IMG/VR virus record: IMGVR_UViG_3300045972_000071
Location: 1-64,000 of that record
Length of the DNA stretch: 64,000 bases
From: a virus
Direction: 5' to 3' (one strand)
The notes under the pieces are model-generated. The model saw only the letters and a program-made list of their open reading frames with translations, did no database searches and was not told the DNA's origin. A program made the position numbers and the translations under genes. Shown one piece after another: positions 54,752 through 64,000 of the stretch. Numbering within the stretch: position 1 is the first letter of the stretch; each line of letters begins with the position of its first letter.

Positions 54752-55033
54752 CTACTTCTCTAAATGGCTATCACAATGATTGGTCTCACCAGTTAAAATC
54801 TTGAATAAGAAGTTAATAGGTTTCTCTAACCAAGAGTTTCTTCGCCCAGCCCATGAGCTTACTGTTTCATTTCCCTGCCCCATAGCTACATTACCAAGAC
54901 GATCATAAGCCAGAACGATTGCTAGTGCCCTCTCAGTATTGAACAGAAGGGACACCACAAACCAGAAATGAACAGCAAGCTCAATTACCAGTATGAGCAT
55001 GTAGGCTATGAATAAAGCTACTCGGTATATCAT
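54752..55033 (-). CDS. Conserved phage membrane protein
   Basis: DRLGN...ETVSS.AG...HC. Confidence 0.6.
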   Translation of the reverse strand: MIYRVALFIAYMLILVIELAVHFWFVVSLLFNTERALAIVLAYDRLGNVAMGQGNETVSSWAGRRNSWLEKPINFLFKILTGETNHCDSHLEK

Positions 55034-55365
55034 GGCACTATTGCATCAGCAATAATTTTAGCATCCCGCTGATCTGCAAAGTAGCGGTATGCAGAGTAAA
55101 TAGCCACATGAGCCTCAGCAATAATCATCGTTCCGATCACTGAACCATCAACAGGATTGAGTTTGGGTATCTCAAGCATGAAGTCATTAAGTTCAGCAAA
55201 GAGGGGAATAGGAAGTTCCTGTCTTATTTGAACTGAACCCGATTCATTCAGAACAACAATCTCTTCACCAAACTCAACGTAGGGTGTAAGAGTTGCGGGG
55301 TTGCCAATGTGAATATCGTATGCCCTTTGTTTCGTGATGAATTTGTCCTGCTTGTAGTCTGACAT
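55030..55365 (-). CDS. Hypothetical tail-associated protein
   Basis: Position after the fibre genes. Confidence 0.5.
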   Translation of the reverse strand: MSDYKQDKFITKQRAYDIHIGNPATLTPYVEFGEEIVVLNESGSVQIRQELPIPLFAELNDFMLEIPKLNPVDGSVIGTMIIAEAHVAIYSAYRYFADQRDAKIIADAIVP

Positions 55366-55375
55366 TGTTATCTCC

Positions 55376-56353
55376 TTACCACCAAGTTATTATAATAGCA
55401 GATGGACCACCATCCCCACCAACAGACCTTCTCGTTGACCCCGTAAAAGCACCACCGCCACCGCCACCACCTGAACCAATCCCACCTTTTCCACCGTCTC
55501 CAGGAGTCCAAGCGCCTGTGAAAGTTGAAGTGGAACCTCCACCGCCTCCTCCTAAAGAACATAGCATTCCATTAGGTAAACTTATTCCATCCTCTCCATT
55601 AGTGCCACTACCTGCCCCCGCTGTACCACCCGCTGATGCAGTTGTAGCACTGGCATTAGACCCCACAACTGGACCTAACGCAGACACAGAACCTCCTGCA
55701 TTACCTGCTGTATTGGCTGCTACAGCACAACCGCCACCAGATGCACCTGCACAGCCAAAATTGTTAGTAGCCACTTGTGTTATGGATGCCGCACCCCCTG
55801 CGGCTGAACCAACAGCACCAACTTGACTCACAAAAACGGTAATAGCACCACCCCTATATGTATAAGGTACAGCGGCGTTACTTATTGCTGTTGCAATTAC
55901 TCCACCTGTGGCTGATGCACCATTACCTGCTCCCGTTGCACCCCCGCCACCGTTGTAACCGAATCCCAAGCATGAAGCCGCTGAAAGGGTAATAGCTCCA
56001 TATATAGCGGCACCAGTGGTGTTACCTAATCCAGGTAGTCCGTTAGCCGCTACACCCCCAGCACCACCACCATTCACGTAGAAAAATAACTGGTCTGGTA
56101 AAAATGCGGCTGGTATTAGCATCATAGTACCGCTACCAGAAGCTCCACCACCGCCACCACCAGAGTTTGTAACCAGACCAACAGAACTACCTGCACCCCC
56201 TCCGCCGCCACCACCTAGAGTTAGAATGTGAACCATGGTTGCATTTCTAGGTTTAGTCCATACTTGCAAAGCGGCGGCACCTGCAGAACCACTCCCTAGA
56301 GCAACGAACTGATCCCAAGGTTTTACAATGGCTGTATTTAACGCATGACGCAT
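55376..56353 (-). CDS. Glycine-rich tail fibre-type protein
   Basis: WTKP...GGGGGGG repeats...GGDG..IIITW. Confidence 0.75.
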   Translation of the reverse strand: MRHALNTAIVKPWDQFVALGSGSAGAAALQVWTKPRNATMVHILTLGGGGGGGAGSSVGLVTNSGGGGGGASGSGTMMLIPAAFLPDQLFFYVNGGGAGGVAANGLPGLGNTTGAAIYGAITLSAASCLGFGYNGGGGATGAGNGASATGGVIATAISNAAVPYTYRGGAITVFVSQVGAVGSAAGGAASITQVATNNFGCAGASGGGCAVAANTAGNAGGSVSALGPVVGSNASATTASAGGTAGAGSGTNGEDGISLPNGMLCSLGGGGGGSTSTFTGAWTPGDGGKGGIGSGGGGGGGAFTGSTRRSVGGDGGPSAIIITWW

Positions 56354-57102
56354 TAGTATATACCTCCAATGGCGCATACGTTCCAACCTGCGGCGGCTAT
56401 AGCACCTAGCCCAACATATACTTCATATCCAGGAGGTAGTGCAATGTTCATCATGTAATCAATATCCGGTGTTGCCGCCGTTGCAATGATAGTTGTACCT
56501 GGTAACGTAACCTCACCATATAACTGCATATTTCCAATAGCAGGATCTTTGTACTTGCCTAATTGCCAGTTAGTCGTAAGCTGAAAAGATGTTGCGGGTG
56601 CATTGATTTCAAAGAATCGTAATTGAGCACCAGTAGCATCAGCAACATAAAGCTCATAGGATACAGCACCAACTACCGCTGTCCAGTTGAAGGTGACGGT
56701 GTTTGTTGCAAGACCGTTAGCAGGGACAACCTGTGAAACCTCTGTACTTATCAACGAACGGGAACCACCTGGACCAATGGCAACAAGTTTTGCATAGTAA
56801 GTTCCTGGGGTTAAAGCTCCGGTTGTCGTAGTAGTTGATGAAGCACCCATAGTAGGTGCAGATGCTCCGAACTGTGTATTGATTCCGCCAGAGTTAATGT
56901 AAATCCTTGCTACTGTTTGGGAATTAGTACCAATAGCCTTGAAGCGCAATCGCTCAATAAACGCACCATTAGTATCCCCACCCGCAAAGACTTCTTTGGT
57001 GTTGACTGTGGTGCCTGTGTAATCATTGGCAGCGGTTTTAAGCTGAACGCCCTCACCTATTAATCCGTAAGCTGTAAAAATTGGTGCTGTATTAGCTGGC
57101 AT
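56353..57102 (-). CDS. Virion structural protein (FN3-like insert)
   Basis: MPANTAPIF...; WTAVVGAVSYELY; ends GGIY. Confidence 0.65.
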   Translation of the reverse strand: MPANTAPIFTAYGLIGEGVQLKTAANDYTGTTVNTKEVFAGGDTNGAFIERLRFKAIGTNSQTVARIYINSGGINTQFGASAPTMGASSTTTTTGALTPGTYYAKLVAIGPGGSRSLISTEVSQVVPANGLATNTVTFNWTAVVGAVSYELYVADATGAQLRFFEINAPATSFQLTTNWQLGKYKDPAIGNMQLYGEVTLPGTTIIATAATPDIDYMMNIALPPGYEVYVGLGAIAAAGWNVCAIGGIY

Positions 57103-57111
57103 GTTATCTCC

Positions 57112-59226
57112 TTAAAATCGTACTAATCCCATATTCATTGCAACAGATAATCCTAACGAACTGCCACCCCCTCCCCCTAAAGAAGCTAAGGCCCCATCAT
57201 ATTTGAATCCTACACTGCTCCCAGCAAAACATACGGGAGTAGATGTCTTAGGATCTGTTGAAAACTCTACCCAGCTATAGGCTTCACCATTCTGTCCTAG
57301 TGCGAATGCGTCAAATATAGTGTATGTATCAGGGGATGGTGTTTTCCACCCTGTCCCCTTATCTCCTATATTTGTACCATATATATAAAGTGTTCCCCCG
57401 ACTACCCCTTGTATTGCTTCTATACGCAAACGTCTGTTTATCATACTCCAGGGGGATACGTCAATGTATGCATCGGATTCCATATTAAATTTGATAACAT
57501 CATAATCATCACTATATGATACTCGGTACTGTTCAGGAACATATTCTTGGGATGGCCCAAGTAATGCACCGTTATTTGCAGATATTATTCCTTGTATATT
57601 CCCATTAGTTTCATCACTACCTATCATTATAATATAAAAACCATCTGGGGGCAATACAGTGGCTAAAGTAACAGCATCAGCGTGAGTAGCGGCATAATGG
57701 GTCACTTGTGCATTATAAACAATCGCTGGTATGGCTCTTGAGTATGCTCGGGAATCCAAAGTTATTTGCATACCTATTTTGTCAGTAGTTATACCTTTTA
57801 CTTTAAAGAAGTTTCCTAACTCAAAGGTCGTATTTGTCCCTACTGGAAGGACGGCAACATAATTACCTCTATAGTAACACGTACTATCCGAAGCTCCTAG
57901 AGGACCAGTGTTTATTCCTATAAAGGCTCTATCGTCTATCGTATCACGCAACTCATATTTAGAGTTAGGTTGTATCCTTTGTTTCTGCGGGGAACCTAAT
58001 CGTAGTCCTATACAATCTTCTGTTACTAATTCTCCGCCAGCATAAGTTCCTGGAACATAACCAAGTCCTATTTGTAAACCATTGACTGGCTGTGCCGTCA
58101 TAAATATGATACTTCCATCTAGTACCACATTCGTGCAATTATCAACAGTGTTCAGTGAGTAAAAAGTACCCCCAAGGTTTGAAGTAAAATTAGTAAAAGT
58201 TGTAAGTACCACAGTATTAGAACACTCACCTATAACTAACTGTTCCGTATTACCTAGAATAATCAAAGCATCACAAGCGGCACCTGTCCACACTTTCTGA
58301 ACAGTACCACCAAACACCAATGGGAGTGTATTATTATTTTGATTAGCAATGGTTATGTTCTTAATGGAGATTGTTCCTAATAGTTCATGCAAGAACATCG
58401 GAACCATTTTAGAATCTGTATATGTGCAAGAGTACCCTGGGGGCATATTTACATTAGGTGCCACCCAGTACATTTGGGTTGTCTCTTCTTTAAACACCCT
58501 TGTGTAATAGTTACGGAAATCATCATAGGCAATAATGTTAAACATAGGATCTTGCCTATATGTGATCTTACCTTTAGTGTATGCAGACACACCGTTATAT
58601 CGCTCAACTGATTCAATCCTATAATTTATCACATCATTTGGGTGAAGTTCAGACTCTGCCTCTTCTCCAATATAATCTGTAGTCATAGCAGTGACAATTA
58701 AAGGTTCATTTCTTCCTGTCCAGTTAATTGTGTGAGCACCACCTGCATCACCGACATAAGTAGTTGCAAAGTCTGTTATTCTATATCGTTGACCTATCTC
58801 AAGAGTTCCAGAAACAAAATTGCTTATTACACCTTGAGCGCCACTTGATACCCATCCACTCACACTTGAAAAGTGCAAACCTACGAAGCCTGTGAAGCCT
58901 GTTATGTTTTCACCAATGATGTCAGTGATAGTGAATGTACCATTATTGTTAGTGCCGGTGAAAGTAACAGAATCCCCAATATTATAAGGGTTCGGATTAT
59001 CAATGAAAACGCTGTCAAATATAGTACCATAACGCTTTGCAAATCCAAGTATGCTTCGTTTAGCTCCTGTGGAGTGCATGGCTTTGAGTTCGGAATAAGT
59101 CACATCCGTTATAGTTGTTGGTCCACTGCCCCCACCGCCGGCTACTGAATCTACATACTGCTTTGTAGCGGCATGTAGATTTGCAGTAGGATTTGACGGT
59201 AATATTATAGGAGTTAAACTCTTCAT
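57112..59226 (-). CDS. Tail fibre / receptor-binding protein
   Basis: PTANLHAATKQYVD fibre motif, YRITDF, beta-rich body. Confidence 0.7.
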   Translation of the reverse strand: MKSLTPIILPSNPTANLHAATKQYVDSVAGGGGSGPTTITDVTYSELKAMHSTGAKRSILGFAKRYGTIFDSVFIDNPNPYNIGDSVTFTGTNNNGTFTITDIIGENITGFTGFVGLHFSSVSGWVSSGAQGVISNFVSGTLEIGQRYRITDFATTYVGDAGGAHTINWTGRNEPLIVTAMTTDYIGEEAESELHPNDVINYRIESVERYNGVSAYTKGKITYRQDPMFNIIAYDDFRNYYTRVFKEETTQMYWVAPNVNMPPGYSCTYTDSKMVPMFLHELLGTISIKNITIANQNNNTLPLVFGGTVQKVWTGAACDALIILGNTEQLVIGECSNTVVLTTFTNFTSNLGGTFYSLNTVDNCTNVVLDGSIIFMTAQPVNGLQIGLGYVPGTYAGGELVTEDCIGLRLGSPQKQRIQPNSKYELRDTIDDRAFIGINTGPLGASDSTCYYRGNYVAVLPVGTNTTFELGNFFKVKGITTDKIGMQITLDSRAYSRAIPAIVYNAQVTHYAATHADAVTLATVLPPDGFYIIMIGSDETNGNIQGIISANNGALLGPSQEYVPEQYRVSYSDDYDVIKFNMESDAYIDVSPWSMINRRLRIEAIQGVVGGTLYIYGTNIGDKGTGWKTPSPDTYTIFDAFALGQNGEAYSWVEFSTDPKTSTPVCFAGSSVGFKYDGALASLGGGGGSSLGLSVAMNMGLVRF

Positions 59227-59235
59227 AATTTATCC

Positions 59236-60654
59236 TTATGCCATCACAACTACACGATACTGACCTGCTGTTGGGGCGACCGAGAAGTTCAGAGTTAATT
59301 GATTGACTGTATTAAGAACACAGTCAACGGCTACTTCTGCCCACGGAGTTGCGGTCTCATAAATCTTATATGTCAAATCTCTGGTATTCAAACTATGAGT
59401 TACCGGAATTGATGTAGTAGCACCATCTCCGATTGTAGCAGAGTATTTGACAACTGTACCAGTGTTTGTAGTTGCATTCGGGGTAATAGATAATGCTGTT
59501 TGCATCTCAGCAACGGTTAGTGCTTTTGCATCCGCTAACGCACCTGTATTATTACCTACAAATGTGTTCGCCGCTAACTGCTGAAATTTTGCAAAAGTTA
59601 CCGCATGTGATGCGATAGTTAATGCCGATGAACCTGTAACATCACCAGTATGGTTAGCGTTCTGATTCTGCAATGAGGCAATCGTCACACCACCATCTTT
59701 CAGCAGTTTACCTGTGGTACCGTTGTACACTGCAATGTAGTCCGTAGCACCAACAGAAGTCGGTCCAAGAACTACACCAGATAGATTACGCTCAATACTG
59801 TTCCATTGTGCGCCTACTGTGGCTTGATTACCAGATGCCGTACTATCCGTCTTACACATCAACATGTCGCCGGCGTCAACAGCTAGACCACCTGCACCAC
59901 CTATAAGACCAGCTACTGATACGACATACATATCACCAGCGCTGGCTGCGGGGTAGTTGGGGTTTGCAGAGCAGTCCAGTACCCCCTTATAAACCAATGC
60001 GTTGGCTGCGGCAATTAATGTATCTGCATACACCTTAACTGCGTTCTGTGTTGGGACAAGAACGTCACTTGTCCCTAATGCGGTGTTAGTTGAAAGATAG
60101 GAAGCTGGCATTGCTCCGATATCGGAAAGAACAGTAGCATGAGGTACACTGGTGATACCTGTTGATGTCCATTTTGCATATAGACCAGATGTTGCTGTTC
60201 CGTTGACTTGGACAGCATTCGTAGTGAGTATACCAAACGTCAAAGCAGACTGTTTCGTATCAGCATAAGTCTTAGTCGCTTTCGCAGATGGTACCGTATC
60301 GTCCGATGCACTGACCGATGTTAAATCATTATCAATCAGCAGTGTTGTGACATCTCCCGCAACACGACCGACAATGCTATTCACTGGGATCGTCAAGGCA
60401 TTAGGAACACCAGTAGTTGCCGCGGCAAACAAAATGGACTGGGGCGTGTACAAAGCCTTCATTACTGCGGTGGATAAATCAGGAGCACCGCCCGACCCAG
60501 CCCATAGTGTACCGTTCCAACAATAAAATGTTTTGTCAGAAGTGTTGAAATATATCTGGCCCTCACCAGGTGTGCCTGGTGCTGATGCACTTCCGTGAAC
60601 AACTGCATTCTTTAACTGATTTTTATTGAGGTCTATCTCTGTTAAAAATTTCAT
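59236..60654 (-). CDS. Tail fibre protein
   Basis: GQIYFNT, VPSAKA.KTYAD repeats, YKG...GDMYVVS, HSLNT. Confidence 0.75.
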   Translation of the reverse strand: MKFLTEIDLNKNQLKNAVVHGSASAPGTPGEGQIYFNTSDKTFYCWNGTLWAGSGGAPDLSTAVMKALYTPQSILFAAATTGVPNALTIPVNSIVGRVAGDVTTLLIDNDLTSVSASDDTVPSAKATKTYADTKQSALTFGILTTNAVQVNGTATSGLYAKWTSTGITSVPHATVLSDIGAMPASYLSTNTALGTSDVLVPTQNAVKVYADTLIAAANALVYKGVLDCSANPNYPAASAGDMYVVSVAGLIGGAGGLAVDAGDMLMCKTDSTASGNQATVGAQWNSIERNLSGVVLGPTSVGATDYIAVYNGTTGKLLKDGGVTIASLQNQNANHTGDVTGSSALTIASHAVTFAKFQQLAANTFVGNNTGALADAKALTVAEMQTALSITPNATTNTGTVVKYSATIGDGATTSIPVTHSLNTRDLTYKIYETATPWAEVAVDCVLNTVNQLTLNFSVAPTAGQYRVVVMA

Positions 60655-60664
60655 TGGTTACTCC

Positions 60665-61099
60665 TTATGATAAATATGCCATACCTGTAATAGATGCAGA
60701 GAACACAATAGTTAATTGGTTAGCTGAATTATATGTGATGTCCCCTATTGTTTGTTGCTGAACTGAATCAATCACAATGACATTAGGATACTTGTTCATG
60801 TTATGGGTGATAACCCACGTATTTGTCAGCACCACTTGAGTGTGATCGTATCTATCTAAAGAAGTCCAATTTGTATCAAGGATACCGCCAACAAGCTGGT
60901 AGTTCTTAGCATCTGCATTGCAATACACAGTCATACCTTCTCTGCGTCTTGCCGCTGGTATAGCATTTCGTGCTGTAGTGTCTGCAACTTCCCTATGACC
61001 GCCTTTTCCATAAATAGAATCATGGGTAGCATAAGTATCAGCAGTATCAGTAGGAGCAACAAATCCTGTTATAGTAACGCTTCCTGGAATAGAAGCCAT
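60665..61099 (-). CDS. Virion/tail protein
   Basis: RNAIP.ARRREGM.VY, WVITHNMNKYP. Confidence 0.65.
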   Translation of the reverse strand: MASIPGSVTITGFVAPTDTADTYATHDSIYGKGGHREVADTTARNAIPAARRREGMTVYCNADAKNYQLVGGILDTNWTSLDRYDHTQVVLTNTWVITHNMNKYPNVIVIDSVQQQTIGDITYNSANQLTIVFSASITGMAYLS

Positions 61100-61107
61100 A
61101 AAATCTC

Positions 61108-61962
61108 CTAGCTAGCCGTTATAGTAACAGCACCAGCTAAAGTGTTCGTTGTTCTATGAACATTATAGTTTGTGGTTACGCCGTTAACATTGGTAACACT
61201 CACAGTATACGGAGCTTCCATCGCAACATTTTGATTACCACCATCTTTGAAAGTAGTTGCTGTTCCAAGAGTAGATGGATAACAGATGTATTTATATCCA
61301 CCCCCGAGCATCGTATAAACAGCACCAAATCCGGTTTGTAAATTACCCACTCGCAATGCTTCTATATCTACTTCTGTCAGTGCTGTCAGTGCGGATTCAC
61401 CAGAGTATACTTTCCATCTCCATGTGACTGTTAAAGTGGAAGAGAAAGTCACGGCATTTGTATTGGTTCCTGTGACACTCCATTGATGCGTAGTTGCCGT
61501 ATTCTTTACAACAGATCCTATATTTTGAACGGATGAACCAGTGTTACCTAAACCTGTTGCAAGATTGACTGCATTAGTTACATCACGAATCTGTATTGTG
61601 TTTGCGGTTATATTTCCACTATTTGTAGTGCCCCACGTGAAAGTTTTACTACCTGATAGTGTAGTACCTACTTCAACGGTAGCAACATATCCTGTGTATG
61701 TGAAAGAGGAGAATGCTGGATTTTGATACGGATAAAGTAATGCATCGAACATCTGGGCAATGGTTTTAGCGACAAATGTAGAACCTGCGGCTATACCACC
61801 AAAGACACCTGCTGTTGGTGTGGCGTTTGAATATGTGGGAGCTGGGGTAACAATGGATGATACAGGTAACTGAACAGACACACCATTTTGAACGGCATAC
61901 ACTACCTCTGTACCTGTCAATGTACCAGCTAATGGTTTTTGAGATAGTTTTTGATCGCCCAT
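61108..61962 (-). CDS. Virion/tail protein
   Basis: Thr/Gly-rich beta protein; GGIAAG..F...MFDALLYPY. Confidence 0.65.
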   Translation of the reverse strand: MGDQKLSQKPLAGTLTGTEVVYAVQNGVSVQLPVSSIVTPAPTYSNATPTAGVFGGIAAGSTFVAKTIAQMFDALLYPYQNPAFSSFTYTGYVATVEVGTTLSGSKTFTWGTTNSGNITANTIQIRDVTNAVNLATGLGNTGSSVQNIGSVVKNTATTHQWSVTGTNTNAVTFSSTLTVTWRWKVYSGESALTALTEVDIEALRVGNLQTGFGAVYTMLGGGYKYICYPSTLGTATTFKDGGNQNVAMEAPYTVSVTNVNGVTTNYNVHRTTNTLAGAVTITAS

Positions 61963-61965
61963 TTT

Positions 61966-62232
61966 CTACTCCAACACTAGGTATGTACCATCTTCACAAA
62001 GCAGAAACGAATTATCTTCACAAAGAAGGATGAACCAATTCCTTATATCACTGATGAACTGTGTTACTATTTCAGAGTAGACAGCCCCAAATTGCGCTAT
62101 CACAGAGTAAAGGGAACCCGCAAATGACGCTGTTGAAAGAGAAATGCTACTACTGATATGCTCAGAATTTTTTGAAGCAGGCACCGAGCTTTCTGCTTGC
62201 TCACTTATTCTGATCTGTCCTTCATTTATCAC
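61966..62232 (-). CDS. Hypothetical virion protein
   Basis: LLCED repeats. Confidence 0.55.
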   Translation of the reverse strand: MINEGQIRISEQAESSVPASKNSEHISSSISLSTASFAGSLYSVIAQFGAVYSEIVTQFISDIRNWFILLCEDNSFLLCEDGTYLVLE

Positions 62233-62657
62233 CTTGTCACCTGCATAACCATTGTAACAGCACCGCTGAACGGCATAAATACGAATCCAGTAGTATCTTC
62301 AATCTCTACATCGTAGACATATGGACCTTTACCGATTGTATCGGTAGTTGCTGCCTCAAGAATAAGTAAAGCGTAGCACTTACCTACAGCATCAGTCTGC
62401 AATGCGGCTATTTGTGCTGTAGTTAAATGGCATCTTCCTGCCGTCATTGCGGCTAGAACACCAGTATTATTTAGAATGGAAACTGTGAATGATGTAATGA
62501 CATCAGCAGAGGATGTTTTCTTACGAATCTTGCCACGTACACCGGCTGTTCCACCAGTGTATGTAGTCATATTCAAAGGTAGTCCGTTGACATCCTTTAC
62601 TAGGATTAACCACTCAAACGTGGAACCTTGAATAATTTCTATATCTTGAATCGTCAC
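62229..62657 (-). CDS. Baseplate/tail-tip BppU-like protein
   Basis: IEIIQGSTF...YVYDVEI...VTR. Confidence 0.65.
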   Translation of the reverse strand: MTIQDIEIIQGSTFEWLILVKDVNGLPLNMTTYTGGTAGVRGKIRKKTSSADVITSFTVSILNNTGVLAAMTAGRCHLTTAQIAALQTDAVGKCYALLILEAATTDTIGKGPYVYDVEIEDTTGFVFMPFSGAVTMVMQVTR

Positions 62658-62740
62658 GGCGTCCTCCCAGATGTGTCACATTACGATAATTTTCATTTTA
62701 GTGCAAGAGTGAATATTGGTTTACATAGTAGGCCATTCCA

Positions 62741-63091
62741 TTAGAATAACCCACCTACATGTTTTGGCGTACCTAGAATGAATGAGAATGTAGTGGGCGG
62801 CGCCGGAAGTAGATTTACATTTATCCACTCATACTGATCTGTTCTGACTGTGACCATACCATCGTCAGTGGGCTTTGAATTAAGAACTCCTAGAAAACCC
62901 TCAATGTTGGGGCTTGCTGGGTTAGTCTCTATAGGTCTAGGAAATGAAGTACCTGGACTTGCAAGAGTGTTCAGAGCAACTACTTCTTGGGCCGCCATCT
63001 GTAATGCGGGTTTCCAATCATAGTAGTCCACACCGTTAGTAGTTGTTTTTACTGCATTCGCTTTATTCAATTCTATTACAAGGGTGGCCAT
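62741..63091 (-). CDS. Hypothetical structural protein
   Basis: ORF in the late operon. Confidence 0.55.
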   Translation of the reverse strand: MATLVIELNKANAVKTTTNGVDYYDWKPALQMAAQEVVALNTLASPGTSFPRPIETNPASPNIEGFLGVLNSKPTDDGMVTVRTDQYEWINVNLLPAPPTTFSFILGTPKHVGGLF

Positions 63092-63099
63092 ACTGTCTC

Positions 63100-64000
63100 C
63101 TATTTGGTTTTAAGTTTGAGTTGGATGTCACTTAATCCTTCACCATATATTGATACATTTTTTAAGAACCCAGACATATTATCACTACTAGGTGCGTTAT
63201 ACCAAGTGCTACCAAATTGAAAGAACTGAGCTTGGGCGCCTATAGTGTAGGATCTATCAGTTGTTCCTAATGTACCTTTAGACACCATATTACAATTATT
63301 GGTGAAACATCTAATACCCACTTTGACTTTTTCTATAAATGTTGTTGATGGGGCGGTGGGGGTTATCTCTGTTAGGTTTTCCCCGTACTGAGAAGCAACC
63401 GTATAATAGGCACCATTCTTATTGTAAATATTTATGGAATATTCATCCGCAGTGTTATTCGTAGTTGAATCAGATATATTAACCGCTATTTGTTGTATGT
63501 AGTTTGACTTTATTTGGCTGACTTCCATAAGAATTGAAAACCTATCCGCAATAATCACGTTATTATCATACAGAGACAAGCGGGAAGCCCCCCTCGTCAT
63601 AGTAGTTGCCTTTGTGGGTATATAAGATGTGGCTATGGGGGATTCCTCAACTTGAATACCCCACACACTATATTCCCCGCCATAACTATATCCTGTAAAT
63701 ACAACCGTTGATGCAACTGGTTCACTTGTTCCTATTATACTTTGACTTGCCAAAAACACTCTGTACCAACCGTTACCTACAGGTAACATCTCTCCATAAT
63801 GTAGACCTACGCCCCCAGCACCCACTGCTGTTATTACGGTACCCGCTAATGGATTCATCTGGATGTACATGTAGTCAGAGAAATCACTATTCCATTTGAA
63901 ATATGCAGTTATATTTGTAGCCGACAATGATTTAATATAAAAGGATAATGCTACCGTAGAATTATGAGCGGTATTCATTGTCTGTGTAAGGTCTGACCCT
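63100..64000 (-). CDS. Fibre/spike protein, C-terminal part (5' end outside the window)
   Basis: GNGWYR, WGIQVEE..ATSYIPT...R; reading frame open to the window edge. Confidence 0.7.
   Translation of the reverse strand, partial: GSDLTQTMNTAHNSTVALSFYIKSLSATNITAYFKWNSDFSDYMYIQMNPLAGTVITAVGAGGVGLHYGEMLPVGNGWYRVFLASQSIIGTSEPVASTVVFTGYSYGGEYSVWGIQVEESPIATSYIPTKATTMTRGASRLSLYDNNVIIADRFSILMEVSQIKSNYIQQIAVNISDSTTNNTADEYSINIYNKNGAYYTVASQYGENLTEITPTAPSTTFIEKVKVGIRCFTNNCNMVSKGTLGTTDRSYTIGAQAQFFQFGSTWYNAPSSDNMSGFLKNVSIYGEGLSDIQLKLKTK

Noticed and set aside
55365-55826. Proline-rich plus-strand ORF
   Set aside because: Antisense of the glycine-rich fibre gene.
1-64000. Stop-codon reassignment or diversity-generating retroelement
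   Set aside because: Core genes are intact in the standard code with all three stops used; no RT or TR/VR pair was seen.

Overview
A 64 kb segment of a large tailed dsDNA phage of a diderm host (i-/o-spanins present). Left to right it carries: terL (partial) and a probable terS on the - strand; a probable genome-end or pre-early region; about 13 kb of small early genes behind a repeated promoter unit; a replication, recombination and nucleotide-metabolism module on the + strand; and a converging - strand lysis cassette and tail/fibre genes. The + strand module includes SF1/SF2 helicases, primase, an initiator, a DnaB-like helicase, UDG-PolA, a beta-clamp, DnaX, gp32/UvsY/RecA-like proteins, a 5'-3' exonuclease, RuvC, a split SbcC plus SbcD, ThyX and a ligase. 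Four things stand out. (1) A 1112-nt tract (1511-2622) has no GG or CC dinucleotide; it contains one gene whose product has no Gly, Pro or Trp and is bracketed by a perfect 31-bp inverted repeat. (2) A 7-deazaguanine DNA-modification cluster (queD, queE, folE, queC, TGT/DpdA-like) also carries an inositol-phosphate synthase, a HAD phosphatase and a SAM methyltransferase, suggesting an unknown hypermodification. (3) Intron-less homing endonuclease cassettes have inserted inside genes and supply a recoded replacement of the gene end they cut off; each has a promoter and an RBS-sequestering hairpin. (4) There are two structured non-coding islands and an inverted copy of the probable origin segment between terS and terL. 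All product calls come from motifs recognised by eye; no database searches were run.
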